A stretch of DNA of 64,000 bases from Squalus acanthias (taxonomy: Eukaryota): NCBI GenBank assembly GCA_030390025.1, contig CM059431.1, forward strand, positions 109,184,001 to 109,248,000, given 5' to 3'. The notes beneath the pieces are model-generated. The model ran no database searches. It was not told the origin of the DNA and was given only the letters and a program-made list of their open reading frames with translations. Within the stretch, counting starts at the first letter, position 1. Each line of letters starts with the position of its first letter. Below, piece by piece: positions 1 to 10,224 of the stretch. The position numbers were made by a program, and so were the translations under genes.

Positions 1-1120
1 CACCATCAGACCCCCCGACCACCATCAGACCCCCCGACCACCATCAGACCCCCCGACCACCATCGACCCCCCCCCGACCACCATCAGACCCCCCGACCAC
101 CATCAGACCCCCCGACCACCATCGACCCCCCCCCCGACCACCATCAGACCCCCCGACCACCATCAGACCTCCCGACCACCATCAGACCCCCCGACCATCA
201 TTGACCCCCCCGACCACCATCAGACCCCCCCGACCACCATCGACCCCCCGACCACCATCAGACCCCCCGACCACCATCGGACCCCCCGACCACCATCGAC
301 CCCCCCGACCACCATCAGACCCCCCGACCATCATTGACCCCCCCGACCACCATCAGACCCCCCCGACCACCATCAGACCCCCCGACCACCATCGGACCCC
401 CCGACCACCATCGACCCCCCCGACCACCATCAGACCCCCCGACCACCATCGGACCCCCCGACCACCATCGGACCCCCCGACCACCATCAGACCCCCCGAC
501 CACCATCAGACCCCCCCGATACCATCGACACCCCCCGACCACCATCGGACCCCCCCGATACCATCGACCCCCCCCCCCGACCACCATCGACCCCCCCCCC
601 CCCCGACCACCATCGGACCCCCCCCCCCCGACCACCACCGGACCCCCCCGATACCATCGACCCCCCCCCGACCACCATCGGACCCCCCCGATACCATCGA
701 CCCCCCCCGACCACCATCGACCCCCCCCCGACCACCATCAGACCCCACCGATACCATCGACCCCCCCGACCACCATCAGACCCCACGACCACCATCGACC
801 CCCCCGACCCCCATCGATCCCCCCGACCACCATCGACCCCCCCGACCACCATCGACACCCCCAACCACCATCGACCCCCCGACCACCATCAGACCCCCCC
901 GACCACCATCGACCCCCCCGACCACCATCGGACCCCCCGACCTCCATCAGACTCCCCCCGACCACCATCAGACCCCCCCGACCACCATCGGACCCCCCCC
1001 CGACCACCATCAGACCCCACGACCACCATCAAACCCCCCGACCACCATTGACCCACCGACCACCATCGGACCCCCCCGACCACCATCGGACCCCCCCGAC
1101 CACCATCAGAACCCCCACTG
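1..1120. repeat. C-rich minisatellite, ~19-24-nt unit GACCACCATC(A/G)GACCCCC(C)n; runs off the left edge
   Basis: Dozens of tandem units with variable C-run length and variants such as GATACCATC; it explains the Pro/Gly-rich ORFs in all frames. Confidence 0.97.
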
Positions 1121-1527
1121 AGTGATCGTTCCCCACTCCCCAACCTGCGATCGGACCTCTGCGATCGGGACCCTCCCCCACGATCAGGAACCACCCCCCC
1201 ACAATCAGGACCCTCCCCCGTGCTCGGGACCTGCCTCCGCGATCGGGACTCTCCATCCCACCCCCCGCACTCGCTCACTCCCCCACTACACTGACCTCCT
1301 CTCGTAGGCTGTGGCCTTGTTAAATCCAGACCTATGTTACAAAGTTACAGTGGCAAAGCAGAAGGTCCAAAGAAATTAACTCCCATTGCTATGGAGAAAT
1401 AGTGGAGCAGTCGGATAAATTTTGAGTTGCTCTGACGTAAGAGTTGGCACCAACATGTCAGGGTAGAAATTGAAAAAAATGAGAAGTCGCACAACACCAG
1501 GTTATAGTCCAACAGTTTTATTTGAAA

Positions 1528-1565
1528 TCACAAGCTTTCGGAGCTGCTGCCCCTTCATCAGGTGA
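1528..1565 (-). ncRNA. Minimal type I hammerhead ribozyme motif
   Basis: Minus strand reads TCAC-CTGATGA-A-GGGGC-AGCA-GCTCC-GAAA-GC-TT-GTGA: stem I TCAC/GTGA, conserved core, stem II, palindromic AGCT stem III. Confidence 0.75.
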
Positions 1566-1762
1566 AGTGAAGGAATACGAATCGGCAAAGCATATATAGA
1601 CAGATGTCTTTGATGTGGTGCCTTCCTGGCTGACCTGATTGTTTCTCTGCCGAGGTGTGATGAAAGGCAGTCAGAAAGATTAACTGTAGTTGTCTGACAT
1701 TGTACGCTACACAGGCATTGTTCTCTGTCTATATATGCTTTGCCGATTCGTATTCCTTCACT

Positions 1763-1800
1763 TCACCTGACGAAGGGACAGCAGCTCCGAAAGCTTGTGA
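1763..1800 (+). ncRNA. Minimal type I hammerhead ribozyme motif
   Basis: TCAC-CTGACGA-A-GGGAC-AGCA-GCTCC-GAAA-GC-TT-GTGA; one mismatch in stem II. Confidence 0.7.
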
Positions 1801-1900
1801 TTTCAAATAAAACTGTTGGACTATAACCTGGTGTTGTGCGACTTCTCACTTTTGTCCACCCCAGTCCAACACCGGCATCTCCGCATCATAGAAATTGAAA

Positions 1901-2270
1901 TGCATTTTGCCCATTTGTCGGGCCTAAAACGGGCGCAAGGCCTACCAATTTAGCAGTGGGGCGGCCCGCAAGCAATCTGTACAGGGGTTGGTCCCACCGC
2001 TAAATTCGTGGACGCCTAATGCAGGCGTTCGGCTCCGTGAATATGGAAATGAGGGGCCAAACGCCGGTTGAGGACCCTTTTAAAAAAGTTGTCTCCGTCG
2101 AGTGGGTCAGGTGTCTGGGCCTTCCCCGCTCAAGAATCTTCATCGCCCACCCCCCCCCACCCCGGCGACCACCAATCAAAGGTTAGGTTGAGGAAAAAAA
2201 AAGTCTGGGGGAAAAGAAATGTTCCTGTGAAGCCGGGAGGAGCAGGAGGAGCGATCGCCCCCCACCTGCC
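1901..2270. mobile_element. Remnant of a GC-rich MITE-like element whose end (GGGTAGAAATT, 1461-1471) was hit by the mini-Penelope
   Basis: The terminus matches the GGGGTAGAAATT TIR of the 50765-51656 element and is followed by a CpG-rich body; no right end found. Confidence 0.4.
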
Positions 2271-2424
2271 AGGGCTTTTATTGTCAACAGGAACTGTCTT
2301 TCTTTCTTGTCACATGTACAATTTTCTCTTCAGGGTGGAAGACAGCAGTCCTTCCAAAAAAAAAAGTTACATAAAATAAACATTCGTGTTATTATGGCCA
2401 GACCAGTACTGGCCAAAATTAATG

Positions 2425-2642
2425 TGTATCTGAGAACTTCTTTCACCCAGAGGGTGGTGGGGATTCAGAAACCCTCACCGCATTTAAAAAGTACTTGGAT
2501 ATGCACTTGAAGTGTCGTAACCTGTAATGCTACGGACCAAGAGCTGGAAAGTGGGATCAGGCTGGATGGCTCTTTTTCGGCCGGCACAGACACGATGGGC
2601 CGAATGGCCTCCTTCTGTGCCATAGAATTCTATGATTCTATA
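2425..2642 (+). mobile_element. CR1 LINE 3' fragment
   Basis: FFTQRVV-like coding remnant, GGGCCGAATGGCCT hairpin and (TTCTATGA)n tail; similar to the other CR1 ends in the window. Confidence 0.8.
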
Positions 2643-2644
2643 CT

Positions 2645-2892
2645 AAAGAAAGAATTTGCATTTCTATAGCGTCTTTCATGATCTCAGGACATCCCAAAGT
2701 GCTTTACAGCCAATGAAGTACGTTTTTTTGAAGTGGAGTCACTGTTGTAATGTGGGAAACGCGGCAGCCAATTTGCGCTCAGCAAGCTCCCACAAACAGC
2801 AATGTGATTATGACCAGATAATCTGTTTTAGTGATGTTGGATGAGAGATAAATATTGGCCAGGGGAGAACTCCCCTGCCCTTCTTCGAAATA
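2645..2892 (-). mobile_element. DeuSINE/SacSINE1-like SINE, 3' half
   Basis: Reverse complement of the 3' half of the full copy at 57769-58218. Confidence 0.85.
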
Positions 2893-4384
2893 ATTAATAA
2901 ATATCCAGAGTATGATTGTGTCCTGTGGAGCTCGGATGGCTAGCCGGCATTTTAGTCGCAAGCCCCCTCTAATGAATCACGACAGTAGCTCCTAGCACAA
3001 TCTGTTCTAATTAAACGTATTTATTTATTTAGTGTCCTGGTAGCCAGTGCGAACTCTATTCTAATAGGGTCCGTCTTCTTGGATAGTATTAATTGAATAC
3101 TGCACGTCCTGCTTGTGCTAAAAATTCCAATATTAAATCCAATCGTCAAAATCCAGACACTGGCCTGAAAATTCCCAGCAAGAAATTTCCCTTACTTAAA
3201 TATCCTGTGGAATAATTTGTGGAAAGCTCCTGTGTAATCATTATAGATTCTGTAAACAAACACTGTGGAATCCTCTGAGGACAAGAGTTGCAAATCTTCT
3301 GAGTTGCGGAGCTGATAAATGGGCCCCAAAGGGCACCGAATGTTTGTGTGACAGTTTGGTGAATGCATTTCCGTATAAACGGCCAGCATTATCAAAACGT
3401 TGAATATTGTTTGTATCGACTGCCACAAAATAAGGGGTTACGGCAAAATGAGAATTAACTGAGATATATTTCATTCGTGGCAGGTTGCGATTTTAATAAG
3501 CCTCGTTACGATGACCTGGTGGAATGAAGTTAAATCCCACATAAGGGAGGGGATTGATGCCTCTGTCTAAATTACGGAGCAGGAAGTATTGCCAGGAGCG
3601 TGTCAATGACTCCATGGCTGTGACTGCAGCTCTGTGGATGTAAACACAAAAATATCATTCTGCCACTTACATAAAACAGGTACCACTCATTACCAACTGA
3701 AAATAGCATTAAGAGGTTATTTATCAGTCAAGGAAACTGCAGCCCTTCAGCCAAGGGGCTGAGCATCCTCTGTTTGCCCAGAAACATCGTGTTCAGTTGA
3801 GTGTTGAACGTTAAAAGGGCCTTTGTCATCTTGTCAGCAAAATCTGCAAAATCGTTTATCATTTTGACTGGGGTCATCTCGAGGTTTTTTTCGTGGGTGC
3901 GGGGGCGAAGGTTTTACCTATTTCCTTACCCTCTGTATCCTACTTTCCTTTGCCATGCACTGTTATCCAACTCAGAACGCAATGAGGCAAGTTGTTCCCG
4001 AGCATTCGCTCTCGAGGCACACTGAGGAAGTGTTTCACGAGACCACAGGTTGATCTTCCTCTTACTAGCTGCTTCCTCCCTGTGGGAAAAGTGTCTTGAG
4101 TTTGCTCAGTGCTTCCCTCCACAAGAGTGGATTGAAGACTGGCATCTCACTGCACTGGGAAATGCAGGCAAGAAGCCACATCCCTCATTCTCAGCATGTC
4201 GGTACATTGACTTACATTGTAACTGAGCTGATCAATAGCGTCCGTTTGCAATACTTTCATTGCATGTCAATGTATTGTGGATCCAACACCTATGCGACTG
4301 TATAAGAAAGGAGCTGAGTCGCACAATATCCAACATACTGTACTTGGTGTGAAACTGCCCTTGAAAGGTTCAATTTATTTTTTT

Positions 4385-4716
4385 CTTGCCGGTTTTCCCC
4401 TCTTCCCTCCTGAAGATGTTGACGTGCAGTTTCACAGGCACTCGTCACCCTCTGGTACCTTGCACGATGGCCATTATTCACACGCAAGCCTTGGCATCAA
4501 GTGTTGGCAGACTATTCCAAGTGCCGGGCGAGATTGGCGCACGCACACAATTAGGAGCAGGAACCCTGTTCTACTTTCCCCTCCTTGACCCAGGCACTCT
4601 GTGGCCAAGAGCAGTGCCCTTTACACTACCATTAACCCAGCCATGCAGTGCTAATTCTACACAAACCTGGGGACTACTTAATCTATATGGCTCAGTTATT
4701 CACTGGATAAAGCCAC
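4385..4716 (-). mobile_element. Old SINE-like family B copy
   Basis: Shares blocks (GGCCATT.TTCA, GTTGGCAG.CTATT, AGGAGCAGGAACCCT) with copies near 6930, 23245, 36500, 53460 and 57525. Confidence 0.5.
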
Positions 4717-4813
4717 AAAGTCATCAGGAGCCAAGTTCAGATAGTTTAAGGTAATACTAATCTTTCTGCTTTTAAGTTGTCGATTTAAAGCATTACTCAA
4801 AATTGCTATGTCC

Positions 4814-4948
4814 AGGCCTGACGAAAAGTAATCGACCTGAAACGTCGACTCTGTGTCTCTCTCCACAGATGCTGCCTGACCGGCTGAGCGTTTTCCAGCA
4901 TTTTCTGTTTTTATTTCAATTTTCCAGCATCCGCAGTATTTTGCTTTT
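4814..4948 (+). mobile_element. Penelope-like terminal fragment with degenerate hammerhead motif
   Basis: CTGACGA...GACCTGAAACGTCGACT, then CTCTCTCCACAGATGCTGCCTGACC...CCAGCATCCGCAGTATTTTGC; homologous to 19428-19529 and to the tail at 15926. Confidence 0.8.
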
Positions 4949-5489
4949 GTTTAAACATTGTGGAATGCTTTCCGGACTCTTTTATTTTCACGAACGCAAC
5001 AGAAATGACCACAACAAATAGAATCCTGCAGCTGGAACCACAAAGAATATAGGCATCATATATAACCGCGGAGGGTTATTCTACTTATTCGAATGGGGGG
5101 GAACTAAAGCCAATTTCAATTCTCGCAATGCAGAATAAACAGTAAAAATATCATTGCTAAAGCTTTTGGCTCATTAAATGATCCCATTTTTTTTGAGAAA
5201 GCTCAAAATTGCAATACTTTTAAGACAGAAAAAGCATCTTCGCCAATTCATGCGATACAAAAGGACAGCTCTCTGCAGGTGCACATTAAACCCAGTAAAT
5301 TTGGATTCTTTCACCGCATGTAAACCAAGTGCTCCTGAGAGCCATGTTCCTTCCGGTGGATTTTGTATGTTTTCTCCATTAGCTTTCCTTTATGTGCTCC
5401 CTCTCTCTCTAATTGAATCCTTGCAATCTCCCTGCTCCATTTTCTATCTCTCAGCTCTATCTGCACAATCTTCTGGTTCTGTCCCATTT

Positions 5490-5606
5490 CTGTGGGAGCT
5501 TGCTGTGCGCAATTTCCAACATTACAACAGTGCCTACACTTCAAAAGGTACTTCACTGGCTCGTCCTGAGGTCGTGGAATGAGCTATGTAAGTGCAGGTC
5601 CTTTCT
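5490..5606 (+). mobile_element. DeuSINE/SacSINE1-like tail fragment
   Basis: TGTGGGAGCTTGCTGTGCGCAA...CATTACAACAGTG.CTACACTTCAAAA matches the other copies. Confidence 0.7.
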
Positions 5607-5933
5607 ATTTATCTCAAACTCTATCCCTGCAGTCTCTGGGCTTTCTCGATCATGCTTTAATAGCTGGTATCTACAAACTCTTTGGGTCAACTCATCAACG
5701 CAGATATACGTGTACTTCTGGGATCAAAATAACTGTCCCCGCCACCCAGACTCCCGTCCCCGCCCCCCTCCCCCTCACTCCCTGAGCTACTCCAGTATTG
5801 TTTTGTATCAAGTTTAAACTTTACTCTTGATTTCAGCCATTTTAAGCAAAATTGAGAATCACCAAAATCAATACCTCCAAACCTCACTCTCCTCTTTTTA
5901 TTCTTTTAGTTGGGCACTAGGTTCTGCTGGACT

Positions 5934-6029
5934 GTGTCAAATTTTGTCTGATAATCGCTCCTGTGAAGCGCCTTGGGACGTGTCACCAGGTTAAAAGCGC
6001 TATATAAATGCACGTAGTTGTTGTTATTG
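5934..6029 (+). mobile_element. L2-type LINE 3' tail
   Basis: GATAATCGCTCCTGTGAAGCGCCTTGGGAC...AAAGCGCTATATAAATGCA followed by (GTT)n. Confidence 0.7.
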
Positions 6030-6154
6030 TAGACCCCATTGCTGAGTCAATCGAAAAACAGAGGATTAACTCCCTGCACTCACTTCCATCAAACTGGTTC
6101 CCTTAGTCTGGCGGCACATAACTTTAAGTGTCAACAATACCATTGTTTTCCCAA

Positions 6155-6280
6155 GTGGTGGCCATGGCAGCGGCGGATCTACTGGTCGTTATCACCGATC
6201 TGATATTGAGGCACGTTCCGAGTCTTTATCGGGAACGGTTTCTTTCAGCCCTGCTTTATGCAGCCACAGACTGTTGGTGA
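6155..6280 (+). pseudogene. GPR139-like rhodopsin-family GPCR fragment (TM2 to TM3, internally deleted)
   Basis: Manual translation VVAMAAADLLVVITDLILRHVPSLYRERFLSALLYAATDCW* contains the MAxADLL TM2 and LLYAATDC TM3 motifs I recognise from chondrichthyan GPR139-like receptors. Confidence 0.7.
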
Positions 6281-7139
6281 GAGGGCCGTGCACCTCCAGT
6301 CAGATATTCCTGTAATACGAGAGTGCCTAAATAACCAGCCCTCTCAGATCTCACTGAAGTGCTCTGTACATTGTTAACTGTGCAAAAGGCTGGTGGTGAT
6401 CTGAGATAAGGATCTTTTTGCTTCGCCGATTATCAATGGAATCTATAACTCAAGTGGCAGGGATGTATTTGGCAAATGGAATAAAAGCAAATTTTCTTTA
6501 TAGCTCAATGAAATTCAAAGAGCGCATGCTACAAAGGCACAAAGCATTGGTCACAATGTTCATTGTGTCAACTGCAAATGAATTCCTGTTCATTCATTTA
6601 GAACAGTGCTGGTAGCATTGCAACCCGTCACCACCAGAAGTGAGATGCAGAGCCCTCCTATGCCCCATTAAAGAGAGTTTGTTATCATTTTGGGGAGAGA
6701 ACCTGCCATGATAATCAGTGTGTCATCTTAAATCACACACAAGCAGCTGTCGTTATGTAATTCCAATGTTTTATTGATAAGTGCAATGGAACCTTCACCT
6801 TCCCCACCACCTCCCCCAGTTTTGTCCCTTTCTCCCGATCTCGTCTTCCACCTGAGTGAGTTATTCAACGACGTCCAATATCTGTCAAATTTTACCAAAT
6901 TGTGCTGTGGGGCTGTTTCACACATATAAGCCACCCTCCACCCTCACCCAAGTGGTCACCTTTATGCGGGATATTTGACAACGATTATTAATCGGCTATT
7001 CAATCATGGAAGGCATGACAACCAAGCCCAACCTTGACCAGACCTGACGTCCACATTTCAACACGGTACTGGGAACGTGGCCGATTTGCTTTCTGAACCC
7101 AAAAGCCTGCAAGTCAATTTTAAGCCCCAATTGGTGCAC

Positions 7140-7548
7140 CAACAACAACAATAACTTACATTTATATAGCGCCTTTAACGTAGTAAAATGTCCCAAGGCG
7201 CTTCAGAGGAGCGATATCAGGCAAAATTTGACCCCTGACCCACACAAGGAGATATTTGGACAGGTGACCAAAAGTTTGGTCAAAGAGGGAGGTTTTAAGG
7301 AGCGTCTTAAAGGAGGAGGTGGAGCGATGGAGAGGTTTAAGGAGGGAATTCCAGAGCTGAGGGCCTAGGCAACTAAAGGCACGGCCACCGATGGAATGGA
7401 GAAGGAAATCAGGGAGGCACAGAGGTCAGAATTGGAGGAGCGCAGAGTGCTTGGAGGCTTGCAGGGCTGGAGGAGGTTACAGAGATAGGGAGGTGCAAGG
7501 CCATGGAGGGATTTGAACACAAGGACGAGAATTTTAAATTTGACTTGC
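7140..7548 (-). mobile_element. L2-type LINE 3' region
   Basis: (AAC)n tail followed by sequence closely matching 12489-12900. Confidence 0.8.
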
Positions 7549-7630
7549 CTGGTATACGCGGCTCAGAGAGTAAAGAGAATAAACGTTCTGCACGCAGCCA
7601 GCACAGTAGAGTTTTTCAAACAGTGATAAG

Positions 7631-8231
7631 GGGGGGAATTTTAACCCTGCATGACGGGCGGGAGAGAGTCGGGGGGTGTTTAAATCGGCAAATATGCGAA
7701 ACCCGACCCCAACCCACTGTTTTAACCATGGTGGGTTGGGGGCGTCCGAGTAATCCGCTCAGTAGAGGCGGGTCCGTGATTATATTTTGTCAAATGAGGC
7801 TTCGTTCGTCAGATTCTGGCAGCCATTTGAATTGAATGCTGGCCAAACGCTCAGGGCTTTTTTAGAGCACTGCCTGTGAGCCAGTAGGAGCAGGAGTGCT
7901 TCCCCCGGCCCCTCAATCTGGCGCGATTGTCCGACCCTCCCTCCCCGTCTCTAAACCCGCGATCTCACTCAGTCCCCGGTCCAACTCCCCCTGCACCCCC
8001 CCGCCCCCAACAACCCACGATATCTCCCGGGGACAGTCCCCGGCTGTGGCCTTCTAGCCTGTCAGTCTGGCTGGCTGCCGGGTGGGAAATGAGTAAATAA
8101 ATGATAAAAAAAGGTCCTGCTATTAAATTCGGCAGGACCTCCGTGATCCCGGCATTTAAGGGTGCCCCGCCCCCCCACCCCACAAACACGCTGCCCTGCT
8201 CCCTCCCCGCCTCCCCGTATATATCGGGGCC
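7631..8231. mobile_element. GC-rich MITE-like element, family A
   Basis: Ends GGGGGGAATTTTAACCC and ATATCGGGGCC; a reverse-oriented homologue of 14463-15238; flanks AAG/AAT. Confidence 0.65.
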
Positions 8232-9480
8232 AATGCTTCTTTAAGAATGCCACAATCTTAAGAATGTTATACTAAACTGGACATTTGAGAATAATGTTCC
8301 CAAGACGCATTTTTCTGGAAACCTTTTTTGAATATCAATAGAATCAATAACTCAAGCAGCAGGGATGTATTTGGCAAATGGAATAAAAGAAAAAGAAGCT
8401 CAGGCTACAAAGACACAAAGCACTGGTCACAATGTTCGTTTTGCCAACTGCAAATGGAATTACTGTTCACGACAAGAAAAAAAGCCAATGCTCCAATCCT
8501 GATAGGATCTCATGCATTAACAGCACAAATTACTTTCAATCATGCATTATCCAAGTTCTATTTCATCCCCAGCCAACTGGGAACAATAAGGTCACAGAAC
8601 CGATAAGATCGAGTATCGCTTTTGATAATATTCCCCATGTCCGAATGATCTTGTCGGATTTTGACCATAATTACATTCATTATTAAATAAATGCACTTGC
8701 GGCCTGAATATTTGCAACGGGTAACTTCACCACTGGTCCTAAATGCGAAAACCTTGGTAACTAGCAATTTGGGAGAAGACAAGTTTCATACGTACAAGCC
8801 GCAGATGGACAGCTCAGAGGCTTCTTGAGAGGAAGTGCTTGATTGGGCATGTGATGTGTTGCATGAAGACGGCAATGTGCCTCAGGTAATTTTGCTGCAC
8901 TCATTTGTGATGCACCTCTTTAATAGATGATGACAATATTTAGAGCAAAGAGTTAGCAATTAAAAAAATGGAAGGGAGAAAAAAAAATCACAGACGAACT
9001 TTCAAATTATCCTGGACAGATTATATTAACTGATGTGGACAAGTTCTACATCCTGCTAAATAAACTGGAGCTCTATACATTAGCATGACAAATACTGTGA
9101 TTAGTACTTTCGGTGCAGTTTCTACGTTATTAAAATATATGGTTTTGTAAAGACGATTTAATAACTGATGCGTTATTCTGGCAATAATAGGCATAAAGGA
9201 GTTTGTGTTTGTGGCGAATATAAAACATGGCAGGGAATGATGTCTTGGCATGAGACGACGTCAACTACAATGGAGTCACAGCGAGCTACGCTCAGGTTCA
9301 GAGTGACCTGCAACTATGGTCCTGTTTTCAGAGATTGTTGCTGCCTTGGGTCCAGTAGCGGTCCAACATGCCCATTAGCCATAAACCATTTTACTCTCTT
9401 GTTTCAACATCGCAAATGGAAAACAAAATGGGAGCGAACTGCACGGCCCTTTCAATACTGAATTGCCTCCGCAACATAAT

Positions 9481-10224
9481 GGCCCAAAAATTAGTGTCTC
9501 TACGCGAGAGTACGCACTGTGTACTCTCGCGTATTCTGTCTCCAATTGCCGGTTTTCTGCATGCACTGCGCATGCGCTGAAAACCGGCACTTGGTGATTT
9601 CAAAAGGGGGCGGTTCCTAGGTGAACCGCGTGCGCGCTACAGGCTGCGTGCACGCAGTGCACTTAGTGCTTTGAACGCGCAGGTAAGCATGGAAGATTTT
9701 GCACATAAAGAAAGGAGGCGTAAGACCCTCTTTTAACAAGGTAAGTAGTTAATTAAGTATTATTTTGAATTTTTTTCAACAGGTATATCTTTTTTAGAGA
9801 CTTTAAAGAAAGGTACGTTTATTTTTATAACTTTTTAAAAGATTTTAAATTTTTTCAAAAATTTAATTTTTTGTTTAAAGTGGTTAATTTATTTAACTAT
9901 ACTTATTTTATTAATGTGATGGTTTTTAAAAAAAAATTAATTGAGGTTTAGCTGTTCTTTTGAGGGGGTATAGATTCATAGCTTTCACAGCCCTTGCTGT
10001 GAAAACTATGAATGAAAGATGGTGTGCTGCCATTGGCTCTAACTGAATCACGTGATCCCACAGCTCGCACGAATTAACTGCGCCTGTGGGATACGCAAGC
10101 ACTGCCCAGCTGCTGTCTAGAAAATCAAGTTCGTGCGAGCTCGGAATGAAAAGGCAGGCGCGCAGTGAGATATCGCGGGGAAGCCTTACCCCCGCACGAA
10201 GGCTCCGTCATTAATTTCTGGGCC
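9481..10224. mobile_element. MITE (Harbinger-type), 744 bp
   Basis: TIR GGCCCAAAAATTA / TAATTTCTGGGCC (12 of 13 match); 3-bp TSD AAT on both sides; CpG-rich ends and an AT-rich core. Confidence 0.8.

Larger units (their letters stand above)
1476..1888. mobile_element. Miniature palindromic Penelope-like derivative (family 2)
   Basis: Inverted arms 1476-1604 and 1724-1852, each with a hammerhead motif; unpaired tail 1853-1888; 12-bp TSD TAGAAATTGAAA at 1464-1475 and 1889-1900. Confidence 0.85.

Noticed and set aside
1..1120. CRISPR-like array
   Set aside because: No unique spacers, no cas genes, and a eukaryotic context.
201..1278. Long Pro-rich and Gly-rich ORFs (extensin/mucin-like)
   Set aside because: By-product of a stop-poor minisatellite; open in many frames on both strands, and the unit length is not a fixed multiple of three.
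3746..3843. Possible minus-strand terminal exon (DFADKMTKALLTFNTQ...)
   Set aside because: Only a weak acceptor, and the peptide resembles nothing I recognise, including DACH1.
6084..6309. Possible cryptic or poison exon on the dach1 strand (TTACAG acceptor, GTGAGT donor)
   Set aside because: Weak polypyrimidine tract, stops in all three frames, and such site pairs are common by chance; it would need RNA-seq support.
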